DNA of 32,000 nt from positions 2,586 through 34,585 of the forward strand of contig CAYNLD010000013.1 in the NCBI GenBank assembly GCA_964397985.1, read 5' to 3'. A model generated the notes under the pieces. The model had not been told where the DNA came from. It did not search any database and saw nothing but the letters and a program-made list of their open reading frames with translations. The position numbers and the translations under genes were made by a program. Shown in pieces: positions 31,606 to 32,000 of the stretch. Each line of letters starts with the position of its first letter. The stretch's first letter is position 1. Source of the DNA: an uncultured Propionibacteriaceae bacterium (GTDB lineage Bacteria > Actinomycetota > Actinomycetes > Propionibacteriales > Propionibacteriaceae).

Positions 31606-32000
31606 ATGCGCGCGATCCAGGCAGGACGGGCCGGCGGCCCGGACGTCCTCGAACCAGCCGACCTGCCCGAGCCCAGCCCCGGCCCCGGCGAGGTCCTGGT
31701 CAGGACGGCCGCGGCCGGCGTCAACTTCATCGACACCTACCGCCGCGGCGGCGTGTACCCGATGCCCTTCCCGCACATCCCGGGCAGCGAGGGCGCCGGC
31801 GTCGTGACCACCGTCGGCGACGGGGTCACCGACCTCACTGTCGGCGATCGGGTCGCCTGGGCCGATTCCCCCGACTCCTACGCCGAGTTCGTCCGCGTGA
31901 AGGCCGCCCGCGCGATCCCCGTACCCGAAGGCGTCAGCCTCGACGTCGCCGCAGCCCTCCCCCTGCAGGGACTCACCGCGCACTACCTGGCCACGTCGAC
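31606..32000 (+). CDS. NADPH:quinone oxidoreductase / zinc-type alcohol dehydrogenase family, 3'-truncated by the window edge
   Basis: MRAIQAGRAGGPDVLEPADLPEPSPGPGEVLVRTAAAGVNFIDTYRRGGVYPMPFPHIPGSEGAGVVTTVGDGV is a classic Qor/MDR N-terminus. The frame is open to the end of the window. Confidence 0.85.
   Translation, partial: MRAIQAGRAGGPDVLEPADLPEPSPGPGEVLVRTAAAGVNFIDTYRRGGVYPMPFPHIPGSEGAGVVTTVGDGVTDLTVGDRVAWADSPDSYAEFVRVKAARAIPVPEGVSLDVAAALPLQGLTAHYLATS

Noticed and set aside
1-32000. Mobile element or horizontally acquired island boundaries
   Set aside because: I saw no transposase, integrase, terminal inverted repeats, flanking direct repeats or obvious compositional shift by eye. The window looks like native chromosome. 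A proper GC-skew or k-mer analysis would be needed to confirm this.

Overview
High-GC window with actinobacterial-style codon usage (G/C at almost every third position). It holds about 28 protein genes. I found no rRNA, tRNA, CRISPR array, transposase or integrase. Long antisense or out-of-frame ORFs in the track are stop-poor GC artefacts. Gene order, left to right: (1) agmatine-to-putrescine pair, aguA (5' partial) and aguB. (2) A DHA2 MFS exporter followed by a TetR gene, coupled by an ATGA overlap; the exporter carries a ~360-aa YhgE/Pip-like insert. (3) A lipoprotein and TspO. (4) A tightly coupled lipid-type cluster: AGPS-like flavoenzyme, a degenerate diiron paralog, a fatty acyl-CoA reductase fused to a HAD-IB domain, and an intact desaturase-like diiron protein. 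A triplicated 33-bp hairpin repeat sits in its only large gap. (5) An orphan tadE/tadG pair, an aldo-keto reductase and a doubtful small ORF. (6) A ~10-kb run of membrane-anchored proteins: an SPFH/SHOCT, double zinc-ribbon and small 2-TM operon; a 5-TM protein with RyR and PGDYG-like domains; and a divergent pair of N-terminal-TIR single-pass proteins (TIR-TM-GDPD and TIR-TM-beta-propeller). (7) A cold-shock module (DEAD-box helicase, DUF2087, cspA with a long leader), GH2 hydrolase plus GPH symporter, and a partial quinone oxidoreductase. The best candidates for an undescribed system are the TIR pair with the adjacent RyR-domain membrane protein (18364-25336) and the AGPS/FAR/diiron cluster (6363-12356). 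All domain calls come from motif recognition by eye and need HMM confirmation.
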